DNA of 64,000 nucleotides from Utricularia gibba (Eukaryota > Plantae > Magnoliophyta). The stretch covers positions 682,001 through 746,000 of the forward strand of contig NEEC01000020.1 in NCBI GenBank assembly GCA_002189035.1, written 5' to 3'. Of this stretch, positions 38,501 through 50,466 are shown in pieces (position 1 is the stretch's first letter; the number at the start of each line of letters is the position of its first letter). The position numbers were made by a program, and so were the translations under genes. Under the pieces are notes generated by a model. It was not told the DNA's origin, searched no databases, and was given only the letters and a program-made list of their open reading frames with translations.

Positions 38501-41140
38501 CTGGAGTCGTGCCTTAATCTAATTGTACTTTCTTTATGTGTGGTTAGTATACTCTTCTAGTATCTCTCTTTATCTGGTTACAAAGCATGCAGTGTCTGAA
38601 GGTGTCCATTGAATCAGGTAATGTCTGGATCTGGCAATTTGCAAATATTCAGATTACTCAAATTTCTCCGTAACTGCAACTCTGCTGCTGATGGGCATGC
38701 TTTTTATGGTAGTCAGATGGCGGTGGGTCTTCTGACTTTGACTGTATTTCTTCGTTACCTTCATGAAAAATTCATCTTTACACATTTTTCTCCATTTGAT
38801 CTTCCTGTTTCCCCTTCTTCTACACTGATATGGAGGTAACCATGTTAGTTGACTTGACATTGTGCAGTTTATTTTTGGAAATGGAATAAATTTTTTAAAG
38901 AATATTGTAGCAATTATGGTTATTTCTAAGACATCTTCTGTGGTTAGAGAAAATTTCATATCAAACTGATGACTAATATATGTTGTCAACATCTGCCTCT
39001 GCTTATAGGTTAGTTTAGGAATTGGATTTTTGTTTCTTGGAGGTGGGATGCGAACTTTCTCGACAAGCAACAGCTCTATTGCTGCTTTGCTGATCACACT
39101 TTACCCACGTTTCCCCACTGGCCCTAATGACAATCGGTGCCATCTCCAGGTGAGGGGCAAAGTACTTATAAAGAAGTGGATCAAATTATGTCCTTGCATC
39201 GCATCACCTTCTTCACCCTTGTTCTTAAAAATATTTCTAGATTCTTCTCTTAGTATGAATGTTTAAATTTGATGAACTCATTGACGCCAACTCCCCTCCA
39301 TGTCTCTCACTCATTGCCTTCTGTATTGTGAGTGTTAGCTCTGTAATGTGTTTGCACTCTCAGGCGTTCAGACATTTGTATGTGCTTGCTACTGAAGCAC
39401 GCTGGATTCAGACAATTGACGTTGACACCAGTTTACCGGTCTATGTCCCTCTAGAAATCACCATCAAAGAAACTGAAGTCTATGCCGAAACAAGTTTCTG
39501 CGAAGTCACTCCCTGCATTCTCCCTGAACGCTCCATTGTAAATCTGCTCTATCCTCTACATGATTTTTTTTTATTAAGTGTGGCTTAAGCTTTTTGTACA
39601 TCTATGAAGTTTATGGCATGTTGGGAAGCATGATGGTAGCATTCCATTTCTATCATGATCTTGTAGAATTCATTAATGTTAATATGCATTTGGTCAATCA
39701 TTCTCATCTATATCACAACGATGTGATGCCATCATGAGTAGTTTATGTCAATTATTTGCACTTACAATTTAGTTTGTGCTGAGCAGTATCTCTTTTCATT
39801 TGCTTCAGTTGAAGGCTGTTTGTGTGTGTGGTCCTCGCTATTGGCCTCAAGTACTTGAGTTTTCCCCTGAAGGTATCATAAGAGCCACTGATTTCACTGA
39901 CTGGTAAATGAGCTTGGCATTCCTTAAACGTCTCCGTTTCCATAGATAAACCCTGGTGGAGCTCAGGTGACAAGCATCATGCCTTGAGTTCAGGCATCTT
40001 ATACGTCAAGAGAAAAGTTGGAGCATGTTCTTATGCTGATGACCACATCGGAAGCCAATCTTTACTCTTCCGAGCAATGCACAAGGTTCACATTCTTGCT
40101 GATTGTCTCTGTATTCTAATGTCACAGTAACAATACACAATCCCTTTTGCAGTTGAGCGGCTTGACAAACCCGAAATCCTGCACTCCGACATCTGATTCC
40201 GGCAGCAGAGCCGAAGTCGAGCTGTTAGTTAATACTTTCTCATCGAATCCCAGCTTGGTTGCTTTTGCCCAACTCTTCTGTGACTCACACTGGAGCAGCA
40301 GGCAAGTTGATTCTAATGTTATATGCCACCTCTGCAACAATCCTGAAAGTTGCAGAACTGGAACAGCAGTTCAGCCTGCTTACTTCTATGAAAAATTCAT
40401 CAGATCTGAGCTCGATATTCAGACGCTATGTCTCAAAGTCCTGTTCGATTGCGTGAGCAAGGACAGACCAGCAATGCTACAGGTTACTCCCAGCTCACCA
40501 TTGAAACCAAACTTGGAGTTGGGGTCCCTCTTCTCATTCCACTGGATGTTTCCAACTTCGCAGGTTTACCTATCATTATACTCGACAGTCGAAAGCATGA
40601 TGGATTCGGTTGCGAATGGCGACCGCGCTTCCATCGACATGCTCTCTCTCTCAAGTTTGAAGGTACTCTACTGTACTCCCCATGAAGAACTCTAGTGCTT
40701 CCTCTTTTTGCTGCATTTGCAGGTTTGTTCTTTGGCTGCAGATTGCTTTAGCCTACAGGGAAGCTTTGTGCAACGGCATATTCGCAGCTCCGAATCGAGA
40801 AATCATGCAGTCAGCCTTTCTGGGATCACTGAAGAAGCGAGTGGAAGATCTTCTGAACCATTCCTCAGACTTGAGAAACAACCACCTCCATGCTTACACG
40901 GTCTCTGGCAAATGGCCAGCCGACTCAAGCAACTCCAGCATGCTCCTGTCGCTCTATCTCCAGTGGTACGGCATCCCACCTCCCACCTGCATCAAGCAAG
41001 CATTCGAGAAGATGCAGCAGTCCAGGATGAGCTCATCCATTCCCCTTCTCCGGCTAATGTTTCCCAGAACTCATGTTGTTGCAATCGATGCGCTCCATCG
41101 ATCCTACTTGCGCAACATGAAGGCCGATGCGATCGAATGA
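29531..41140 (+). CDS. APC1: Anaphase-promoting complex subunit 1 (multi-exon; three apparent 1-bp deletions; GC-AG intron 40302-40403)
   Basis: MPSPGVRDIAVLSEFKPFGL, IWPLPFGLLL, RFGRDLRLNEVRRLLCSARP, TTALPFGRGAF, HAGLLLALGLHGHL, YPRFPTGPNDNRCHLQAFRHLYVLA, and SSIPLLRLMFPRTH. Confidence 0.95.
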
Positions 41141-42185
41141 ACACTGCCGGCTCGGAACGTGATCCCGACGGTTGCGAAAGAAGAGGTTCCATGGAGGTTG
41201 GAGGAGGAAGCCAGGTGAGGTGATACAATCAATCATGCAGGTGAAAGCAGGTTTTGATGTTGTATGCTGTGTTATTTGTATGTTGAATGCAGCTGCTGAT
41301 AAATTACCCCGAGTGCCACTATTCAGTAAAAACCGTGAAGGGTGTTTTGGACCTTTCGTAGATATTTTAGGATTAGTTTTTTTTTATTTTATATAATTTG
41401 TGTTTCTAAATTAAGTCAATAATTTATTTTAAATTTGTTTTCAGATACATTTAAATATTTGACATACATTTTATTAAAATATTATTTAATTAATTATTTT
41501 TCAGCTTTTAAATAAAATTTTTGAATTAATTTTATGCGTTCAAAATTGATAAAATATTTTGTTGTTATATTTTCATTTTCAAAATAGTGTGACAATTATT
41601 TTTTGGCACAAGCCATCTATGTCCATTTTTATTATGAATAAAAAATCTGATATTTTTGACCTAATTTTTATTTTTTTTTGTATCAAATAACATCAATTTC
41701 GCTAAATATCTACATAATTCATACATTTCAAAGAAAGCATTTTTAGTATACTTTTCTTTTAGGCATAACTATTCGTATACACTAAAGTTGCAATTGAAGA
41801 CCAGCATCGCTAGAGTTGTAAAAGTATTCTAATCTTTTTTAGTGAATTTCTTTATTTGACTTGATCATCATCCTCAATTTTTTTTTCAAGTTACTATTAT
41901 TCATATTATTTAATTTCATGAACAAATCAAACATAAATCTTGCATTAATTGATTAATTTTAAAATTTGTGTTTTAAAAATAAATTAAACTCATTTTTTAT
42001 TTAATCATGTATTTAAGTTAAATCATTTTTCTAATAAAGTAAATTGTATTTAAGAGGCATACGTATTAATTATTACATAGCGTAGTTCAAGAGGTGATAA
42101 TCCGTACATATTACAAGGACAGGGTGGTCATTTCTCCTTCCCGACAGACCGAGCGCCGTCAAACGCGGCGGCGGCGGCGGCGGCG

Positions 42186-42491
42186 TCATCTGCTCTTGCC
42201 ATCGGTTCGCCGCGGGAAGCGTTCGGCGATGTTTTCGGAGAGATCGGAGTACAGAGAAACGATCTTGGACATGTTCCCGTTGATTTCCTGGATCAAGGCG
42301 ACGTTCTTCACCATGTTGCCTCGAATCTTCGATTGGTGATTCACGTTAACCTCGTGAATCAGCTGCCGGTTCCGATTCAACACCGACTGAACCTGGCCGA
42401 AGACGTCGGTGAACGCGGCCCAGGCCGCAGGGTCTCCGTCGCTCTCATCGCCATCGGAGGCGTGCTTGGAGGAGAAATCGCTGTCGGTCAT
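42186..42491 (-). CDS. ELF4: EARLY FLOWERING 4 family clock protein (DUF1313), intronless
   Basis: WAAF...FGQVQSVLNRNRQLIHEVNVNHQSKI...KNVALIQEINGNMSKIVSLYSDLS; first ATG at 42491. Confidence 0.93.
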   Translation of the reverse strand: MTDSDFSSKHASDGDESDGDPAAWAAFTDVFGQVQSVLNRNRQLIHEVNVNHQSKIRGNMVKNVALIQEINGNMSKIVSLYSDLSENIAERFPRRTDGKSR

Positions 42492-42612
42492 GGCTGATCT
42501 AGCGGCGGCGGCGGCGGCGGGCGAGGAATTTGGGGATTTCACGACAGGAACACGATAATTGGAATGTGGAGGGCTACATGTTCAAGGATAAGTCGGGCAC
42601 CGCCTCAAATTC

Positions 42613-42639
42613 CACCACGCTCCGCGATGGAGCGTGGTG
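42613..42639 (-). promoter_or_regulatory. Perfect 11-bp GC-rich inverted repeat in the putative ELF4 leader
   Basis: CACCACGCTCC-GCGAT-GGAGCGTGGTG. Confidence 0.7.
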
Positions 42640-44197
42640 TCGACGCAATTAGTTAAAAGAAAAGAAAAACCATATTTCCATTTTAAGACAACGGAGATCC
42701 ACTCTCCAGAAATGGATAAATAGAAGAAAGTGAAAGAACGCGCTGTCGGCTGCGCGTGTGGGTGTTGATAAAGTAAATAATCTTGGCACTTTTTCCAATA
42801 AAAAAAATGAAAAATATTGTACTTTTTGGCCCACTCAAATGACCCGAAAGCGGTTTTCCGGTCCCATAGTTTGGGCCGGTGCTTATCCGCAGACTATCAA
42901 GCCCAAGATATCAAGCCCCCGAAATAGGATGGTGTCTTTTATTTTCATTTTAATTTTTAAATAATTTTATTCTTTAACACGACAAGTTTTGATAATTTAT
43001 TTAAAATTTAAATTGAAAATCTAGTTTTGGATATATTGATTACATGAAACCTTATTAATTCTGAATTCATTTAGAAGTTGTTTGATAGTAAAGTATTCGT
43101 ATATTTAAATATGTTGTAATTAAGTATATATGTACTCAATTATATATAACGTTTAATATTCAAAAATAGAAATTTGAGTATATGAATGATCTAGATATAT
43201 TAGACTCCTTTCATTTGTATATAATATCTGTATATTCAAAAAATGAGTATATGAATAATATAATCATATAAAGATAATATACATATGTTAATTAATAAAA
43301 TAGTAATCTATGTGTAAATTTAGTTATAAATCTTCTATATTACACTATCAAACACTCTATTTAACTCATAAAATAAATATAATATAATTGATAAGATTTA
43401 CTTTAAATAGTATTAATTTCAACAACCAAACATTATGGAAATAATTCTATCAAACATCATATTATAAGTTTAGAATATTGGTTGGGATTGGATTGTAAAA
43501 TTTTATTATTAATTTGATTATTCAACCATACCAAAATAATTAGGGTTTTAATTTTTTTAGTGAAATCCTGATTAATGGAATAATATTATTAACATAATTT
43601 TATTTCCTGTGTTGGATATAATTGAATATTCATTCATTCCAATGTCAGAAGACGGTGAAGAAGATTTATTCGTAGTGATAGGGATAGCCTCCGCGATTCG
43701 TGAGCGAGAAGCCTCCGGCAGAGTCTACGGTGGACGGAGATTCCCCCTGAGCAAGCGATGAGAAACCTAGTGAATCAGTGAACCTGCACTGGAATAGGAG
43801 AATTTCTGAAATGGCGATGGGGATGCAAGTAACATGGACGTATGAAGGGAGGTCCACATAGAGAGAAACAAAAAAACGTTTTTATGGCGATTGACCGGTA
43901 AGATCCTTGAAATTGAGGCGGATTTGCTGGAGATTGCTCGTCCACCACTTTTACGTTCTTTTGTTTGTTTTATTGAGGGGGCTTGCTTGCCGTTCCCTAC
44001 AAGAATTGTGATCGGTTGCTGGAATTGGGGAGGTTTTCGTGTAATTCGGAACTCCTTTTATACGTTGCTTCACGGTGAATCCAGTTTGACAAATTTCGCC
44101 TAGAATTGCGGTAACTCGGTTTCTCGGGGACGTGATTTATAGACCATTCTTTGTGCGTTCAAACCTTTTGGGTGAAGGCTGAATTTGTGGAGTGTCG

Positions 44198-45289
44198 ATG
44201 GGGCGAGTGTTTGCGATAACACTTGAGGGCGAAGTTTACAGTTGCAAGCACTGCGGAACCCATCTTGGTCTGAGTGAAGAAATCATGTCAAAGGTTGTCG
44301 GTTTAAGTTGTCTTTCAATTCAAAGATGCCATGAAAGTTTTTTTTTTTTTTTTTTTTTGGCCCTTGGGATGGTTTCTATTGAAATCTAACTCATATGTGC
44401 AAGTTTGTACATGTGAATATTGATATGCGGATGATGATAAGCTTTCCCAGCCATTTATCTTGGTTTAATAGTGATTAATTTGGGTGAGATTCCTCTGCAA
44501 ACACGCAGGAAAGGTCCATTATGGTTGCATTATCCATTTCATTTCAGTGTCTTGATCTTATTGTGATTTAGGTGTACTACCGATACTGGTTTTACTGCAA
44601 GCTTGCTTGCTTTACGCATATCGAAATAGCACAGTATTTATATGTTTTCTGGTACTTTGCTGGTTCAGAACTTCCACTGCAGGCATGGGAAGGCTTATCT
44701 CTTCAATAGGGTGTAAGTTTTACTTGTGTTTGGTGGCTTATACTTTTTAATTCCTCTTCTGGCTTGCCTGATCTCCATCCTGAGGCTTACCCTTTTGATG
44801 AGAAATTGGAAGAACAAGTTATTTCTGTTATCATACCCTTCTCAGTAGACTCACTTAGACTAGAACACACTTAAATTGGCTTCCTTTTCAGTGTGAACGT
44901 TGCTCAGGGGGAAAAGGAGGAGAGGGTGATGATGACTGGGCGGCATGTAGTTTCTGACATTTTCTGTGTCAAATGTGGCTCAAATGTTGGATGGAAATAT
45001 GTAAGGCTTCTTCTCCCAATGACTTCTCTACATGCCTGTGATTCCTCTGCTTCCCCATTCACAGGAAACAGCTCAGGAAAAGAGCCAAAAGTACAAAGAA
45101 GGCAAATCAGTTCTTGAATGGTTAGTTCCATTCGAACCTACTGCAACTCCCATGGAACAAATCTACACTAAACCACTGCATTGCCATCCATTTTTTGACT
45201 GCAGCTTCAAGATCTCCCGTCCAGACGGCAGCAATTACCGGATCAACCACGGCGCCCACATCGGAGGAAGTGATGTGGAGGATTCGTGA
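44198..45289 (+). CDS. Yippee-like zinc-binding protein, 5 coding exons
   Basis: MGRVF...[52 protein letters not shown], and [12 protein letters not shown]. Confidence 0.95.
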
Positions 45290-46229
45290 CTGGAACTCCC
45301 AACACCAACCAGCAGCATTCCATCACCAAACTGTACATTCCTGAACCCCCAACCCTCAAGCTGTGTGTACATACCATTTGATCATCTCTTCTCCATGAAA
45401 GCAAGGGGTGAACACTTCTTGGCCCTTGCTATTTGTTCCCTTTGCATGCATTGTTTCTCAAGTACATTGTTTCTATGCGCTTCCTTATCCTTGAGGGAGC
45501 ATCTTGCATTCTTCTGGTTCCACTGGCTGTGTTTTAAAATTGGTTTAAATCAAACTTTAGATTTTAAAATACTTAATTTATTGTTTAATCAATTATTCGA
45601 GGGCTGATTAATATTGTCAATCGAATGCTTAATTTTTTAACATCAATTTTTTTGTATTTTTAACGGTAAAAAAACTAAAAACACTTAATTTCAATAATAT
45701 TTATCTTATACAATTATTTAATATTAAATATATTATTTTGCATTTATATAAATTTAAATCATCAAACATTAATGATTTTCATTCATAATCATTGATGATT
45801 AATAAATTATATTGATTAGTTGATTAATATATTTTAGTTTATATTATTTTTAAAAAAATTATGATCACAATCATACCAAATACATTTATCATTTAATTTT
45901 TATTAAGTTAATGGAGACAAAATGGATAATAAATTAATTTCCCAAAAAAAGAGGATTGATTTTTGTTAAAAAAAGTCCCAGCAGGCCGCATCAAGTGACA
46001 GAAACGCATTACCAAAAGTGACGATCATCTTACGGGTGTCGGTTCATCTTTTGCCAAACGGGTCGACCCGATGGGTTTTTCTTACACGAGAGCACACGTG
46101 TGTCATGCAATGAATCAACAACAATGAAATCGAAAACGTCACCGTGTAAGCAGGTGTATGGGATGAAGAGGGCTTCTGAAGTCGAGTTGCGTTGTATGGG
46201 CATGAAGCTCTGGTAAGCCAAGTCGTCTC

Positions 46230-47704
46230 CTACGGATGAGCAAAGCCATGAGGATCAAGTGGCTTCAAGTACACAAAATCATCATCATCCTCACGCCCCA
46301 TCCACCCGTGGCAGGGCCTTCTTGTTCCAGTCACACTCTTCCCTTTACACCTGGAATCCTGCAAATCACATTCTTTGTGAGAATCCTGCAAGTCTTGATC
46401 CCTGTGCTCTCTTCGAAGTGCTTGTTCTACCTTCGAGCGTAGGGTGGGCAGTTGTGTATTAGGATCAGGTTCTGTCGCTCGAGGCTCTTCTGGATCATAT
46501 TGAGAATTTTCAAGTTCTTTGATGGGGAGCATGTCATTGCAATCAAATTTTGTGTACCTGGGTTAGGAGGGTAGTCAAAGCCATGAGGATCAAGTGGCTT
46601 CAAGTACACAAAATCATGGTCGTTCTCAGCCCCAATCCATCCATGGCATGGTTTTCTTGCACGAGCCACGTTGCTGTCTATAGACTTCGGAGCCTGCAAA
46701 TGACACAAAACCACTCTGTTCAGAACCACACTCTGTGCTGCAATTATCAAATCGGCATGCAGAGCAATCATATTCAGGGTGATCTGGATAAAGTGGACAC
46801 CATATGTCTCCTTGCAATCAAAATATGAATCGTCAAGCCATTGTGCAACTCCTTCACATGTATACATTACAGCAATATAAGCACTATATCCATGTCATTC
46901 CAGAGATTCTTTCAGGTCCCATAGGGTATACATAAAGATTTCATTCTCCTCTTCTTTTCCTCAAACTTATACGAGTTGAAATCTCCAGAAGTAAGACCTC
47001 TGTTCCGCCAAAAGCATCGAATCAAGCTATTAGATTATGGGGTGATTGTAATCTTTCAACTAGACCAACCTATTTTGCTGATCTATTTGATTGTAATCTG
47101 CCAAAAGTAATGCAGATCTTGCTAACGAAGGGTGACTACAATTGTAACACACAAGCATCACATTGATCAATTCGCACATACCGTATTTAGTCGGAGAGGC
47201 TCTTCTGAATCACCACAACGCTTGTGGAGTTCTTGGACAATCGCCTCGGCGAGTATCTGGTACCCATTCTTTTCTATAGTCGCCCATCTATCATTCCTGG
47301 GCTCCCCCGCGCTTACGCCACACGGAACCGACTGGCGGTACCCATCATGAGCCTGGAAAGAAATGCAAACCGCATGATCAAATCATGACTCCTAGTTTCA
47401 TAAGCATTACGCAAAATGAAGAACAAATTCGACCAAAGAAAGCAACAGTAATCGCATCCAGATTTCTCTCTAAACCTTGAGGAGATTTCGCAGACATTCG
47501 CGCGCAATAGGCTCCGGAAATCCCGAGTTGCGCATCGCACGCAAAGCCATCTCCGCTCGAGTCGGACTCCTCTGATACAAGAGCAAGAAATTGAGTCTTA
47601 AACTCAGAGACGCAAAACTACCATGCAGAAACACACGAGAAAGGAAATGTAAATCCTAGAATTCTCTGATGATCAACCAGAGGAGCCTTATTTCTCGTAG
47701 TCAT
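46230..47704 (-). CDS. WIYLD (SUVR-type ubiquitin-binding) domain protein without SET domain, with a duplicated C-terminal PCHGW-acidic module; middle exon(s) unresolved
   Basis: Exons 47704-47678, 47571-47476 (RAEMALRAMRNSGFPEPIARECLRNLLK) and 47352-47182 (WATIEKNGYQILAEAIVQE) resemble WIYLD. RKPCHGWIG and RRPCHGWMG modules follow. Not visible in the ORF track. Confidence 0.72.
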
Positions 47705-48775
47705 GTCCGTCGAGATTCAAGAATGGATAGATGATCGCGGTGAAGCATCAACGCCGCTCCCCCAAACTTAGCGGCGGTTGACTGAACGGCGGAACTCCGA
47801 TCCTGAAAAAGACGTGAAGAAACAAGAAGAAAGCTCTCGGAAAATGGCGGTATAACAGTATTCCGGACCTCCTCATTCCGGTTAAATACGGGTCACACCA
47901 TCCTGAAAAATGAAATAAATATTTTCGAAAATAATTAAAATAAGTAAATCTCATTCCGGTTAAAATGTAATTTAGAATTTTATTCTAATATTATTTTGAT
48001 ATTATGATTTCAGTAAATGAATATAAAGATAAATAAAACTTAATAAAGTAAATTCAATAATTCAGTTTTTAGAAATAAGATATCAATATTTTCGTAAATT
48101 AATAAAAATGCTCTAAAATCTAATGTGAACCGGAGGTGGAGAGAACAGGCTAAACCGAAAAGTAGAGCAGTGGTCCAATCGGTATTTAACACGTGTCACA
48201 AAACGAACGCTGCTCTTCCCGCTAACAAATTAATTTTAAAAAATAATATTATAGAAAAAGAAATTAGCAAATTAATCGAGTTGTTAATTCTTAATTTAAT
48301 TAATTAATTTAAATGAATAGAGATACCACCTTAATATTGCATGAGAGCTTTTTTAAACCAAAAAAAAAACATAAAATTGTGAGATATGAATTATTAAAAC
48401 GAACATTATCATATAATATAAATATGAATCATGATATCGTGCGACATGCACCTAATGAGTGATTAAAGGGGGAGATTTGTAAGGCTCCATTTAAAAGATG
48501 TTGATATAACATATAAATTACAGATGGAAAAAAGAATATGATTAAATAGAAGAATTACTTTAATTTTACATAATATAATTTCTTATGAAGTAGAATGTTA
48601 CTATAAAATATTTATAAGTATTTTTTAATTGGTTGACTATTTTGATGAAATTTTAGAATGTGTATTTTTATATTAATAATAAAGATTTAGGAAAACTATA
48701 ATATAATATAATATTATTTTTTTAATCGGATATATAATTAAATCAGTGTCCAGGGGCTCTAATATGGATCCATTT

Positions 48776-48864
48776 TGGGCCCATACAGAGATGTTTAATG
48801 GGCTGGAAATATGGGCTCCAGTCTACATATATATAGTGATGCTGAAGTTGCAATTCTAGGGTTT
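48776..48864 (+). promoter_or_regulatory. Site II motifs (TGGGCY x3), TATA-like run and telo-box upstream of RPP0
   Basis: TGGGCC at 48776, ATGGGCT at ~48798 and ~48811, TAGGGTTT at 48857-48864. Confidence 0.7.
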
Positions 48865-49030
48865 TCGTTGTCGTCTGCTACGTTTCTGTTTCGCGAAATC
48901 TGAATCTTCAGGTTAAAGTGACGGTCGCCGCTGTCCGCCTTGATAAGGAGTTTTCGCCTTTATCTTGGCCCTGTTTTCCTGTGGTTTCAAGGTTTTTCGT
49001 TGTACGTAGGTGTTTTTTGTTGTTGTAGAG

Positions 49031-50466
49031 ATGGCTCCCAAGATTTCTAAGGCAGACAAGAAGGTGAACTACGACAAGAAACTGTGCCAGTTGCTGGATG
49101 AGTACACTCAGGTTCTGGTGGCGATAGCGGATAACGTGGGGTCGAATCAGCTGCAGGCTATTAGGAAAGGGCTGCGCGGGGATTCTGTGGTTCTCATGGG
49201 GAAAAATACTATGATTAAAAGGAGTGTTCGTATTCACGCGGAGAAGACGGGAAACACTGCCATTTTGAACCTCATCCCCCTGCTTGTTGTAAGTAATTTC
49301 ATTTCCAACTTGGTTTAAATTTCTCTGCTTGTATTTCGTCGTTTTGTCTTAAGGCAACGCATATTCCATTTGACGTGTTGGTGTTCTCAATTGTCTAGGC
49401 ATAGCATGCTTAATATGTTAAACCCTTAACTTTTCAGGGAAATGTTGGCTTAATTTTCACAAAGGGAGACCTGAAGGAAGTCAGCGAAGAGATCGCGAAG
49501 TACAAGGTAAGCTTATTCTGTTTCACCATTCTTCAGACTCGTGCATTCAGTGCGTATGCATTGGTTTGTGCGTAAATCTAGTAAATAGACAATCCTTGGT
49601 GCTTTTTGGATAAATGTAATGTCAACAATTTATCACAGTGCATGAGTATCAGTTTGTTGTTCATGTCTCTTAATAGGTTGGGGCTCCTGCTCGTGTTGGG
49701 CTAGTCGCTCCTATTGATGTGGTTGTTCCTCCAGGCAACACCGGTCTGGATCCATCCCAGACATCCTTTTTCCAGGTTTGCTATCCATGGAACACCATTT
49801 TATCTACTCAGTTCCAGGAAGCTGGACACTAATGCTAGTACTCATGCAGGTTCTGAACATCCCCACAAAAATCAACAAGGGTACTGTCGAGATCATAACC
49901 CCGGTTGAGCTCATCAAGAAGGGAGACAAAGTTGGTTCCTCCGAAGCTGCCCTTCTGGCCAAACTCGGCATCAGGCCTTTCTCATATGGACTGATAGTCG
50001 TCTCTGTGTACGACAACGGGTCAGTTTTCAGCCCAGAGGTGCTAGACTTGACCGAAGATGATCTCATCGAGAAGTTCGCATCCGGCGTCTCCCTGGTGAC
50101 TGCATTCTCTCTGGCCATCTCCTACCCAACTCTCGCAGCCGCCCCTCACATGCTCATCAATGCCTACAAGAACGTCTTGGCCATTGCCGTCGAGACCGAT
50201 TACTCCTTCCCTGAAGCCGACAAAGTCAAGGAGTACCTTGCTGTAAGTTTTAGCTTCATCTCCCCATCCAGCATCAATCATCAAACATCTACTAATCCTC
50301 GTTTCCCAACTCATCTATACAGGACCCCAGTAAATTCGCCGTTGCTGCAGCTCCGGTGGCCGCCGCGGACGTTGGTTCCGCCGCCGCACCTGCAGTTGTG
50401 GAGGAGAAGAAAGAAGAGCCTGCAGAGGAGTCCGATGATGACATGGGCTTCAGTCTTTTTGATTAA
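49031..50466 (+). CDS. RPP0: 60S acidic ribosomal protein P0 (uL10), 5 coding exons
   Basis: [45 protein letters not shown], and C-terminal [13 protein letters not shown]. Confidence 0.98.

Noticed and set aside
42543-43650. Apparent absence of an evening element (AAAATATCT) upstream of ELF4
   Set aside because: Negative result from a by-eye scan only; needs a motif search before it can be claimed.
46030-46221. 63-aa minus-strand ORF after the WIYLD stop
   Set aside because: Lies in the presumed 3' UTR; no homology cues or splice support.
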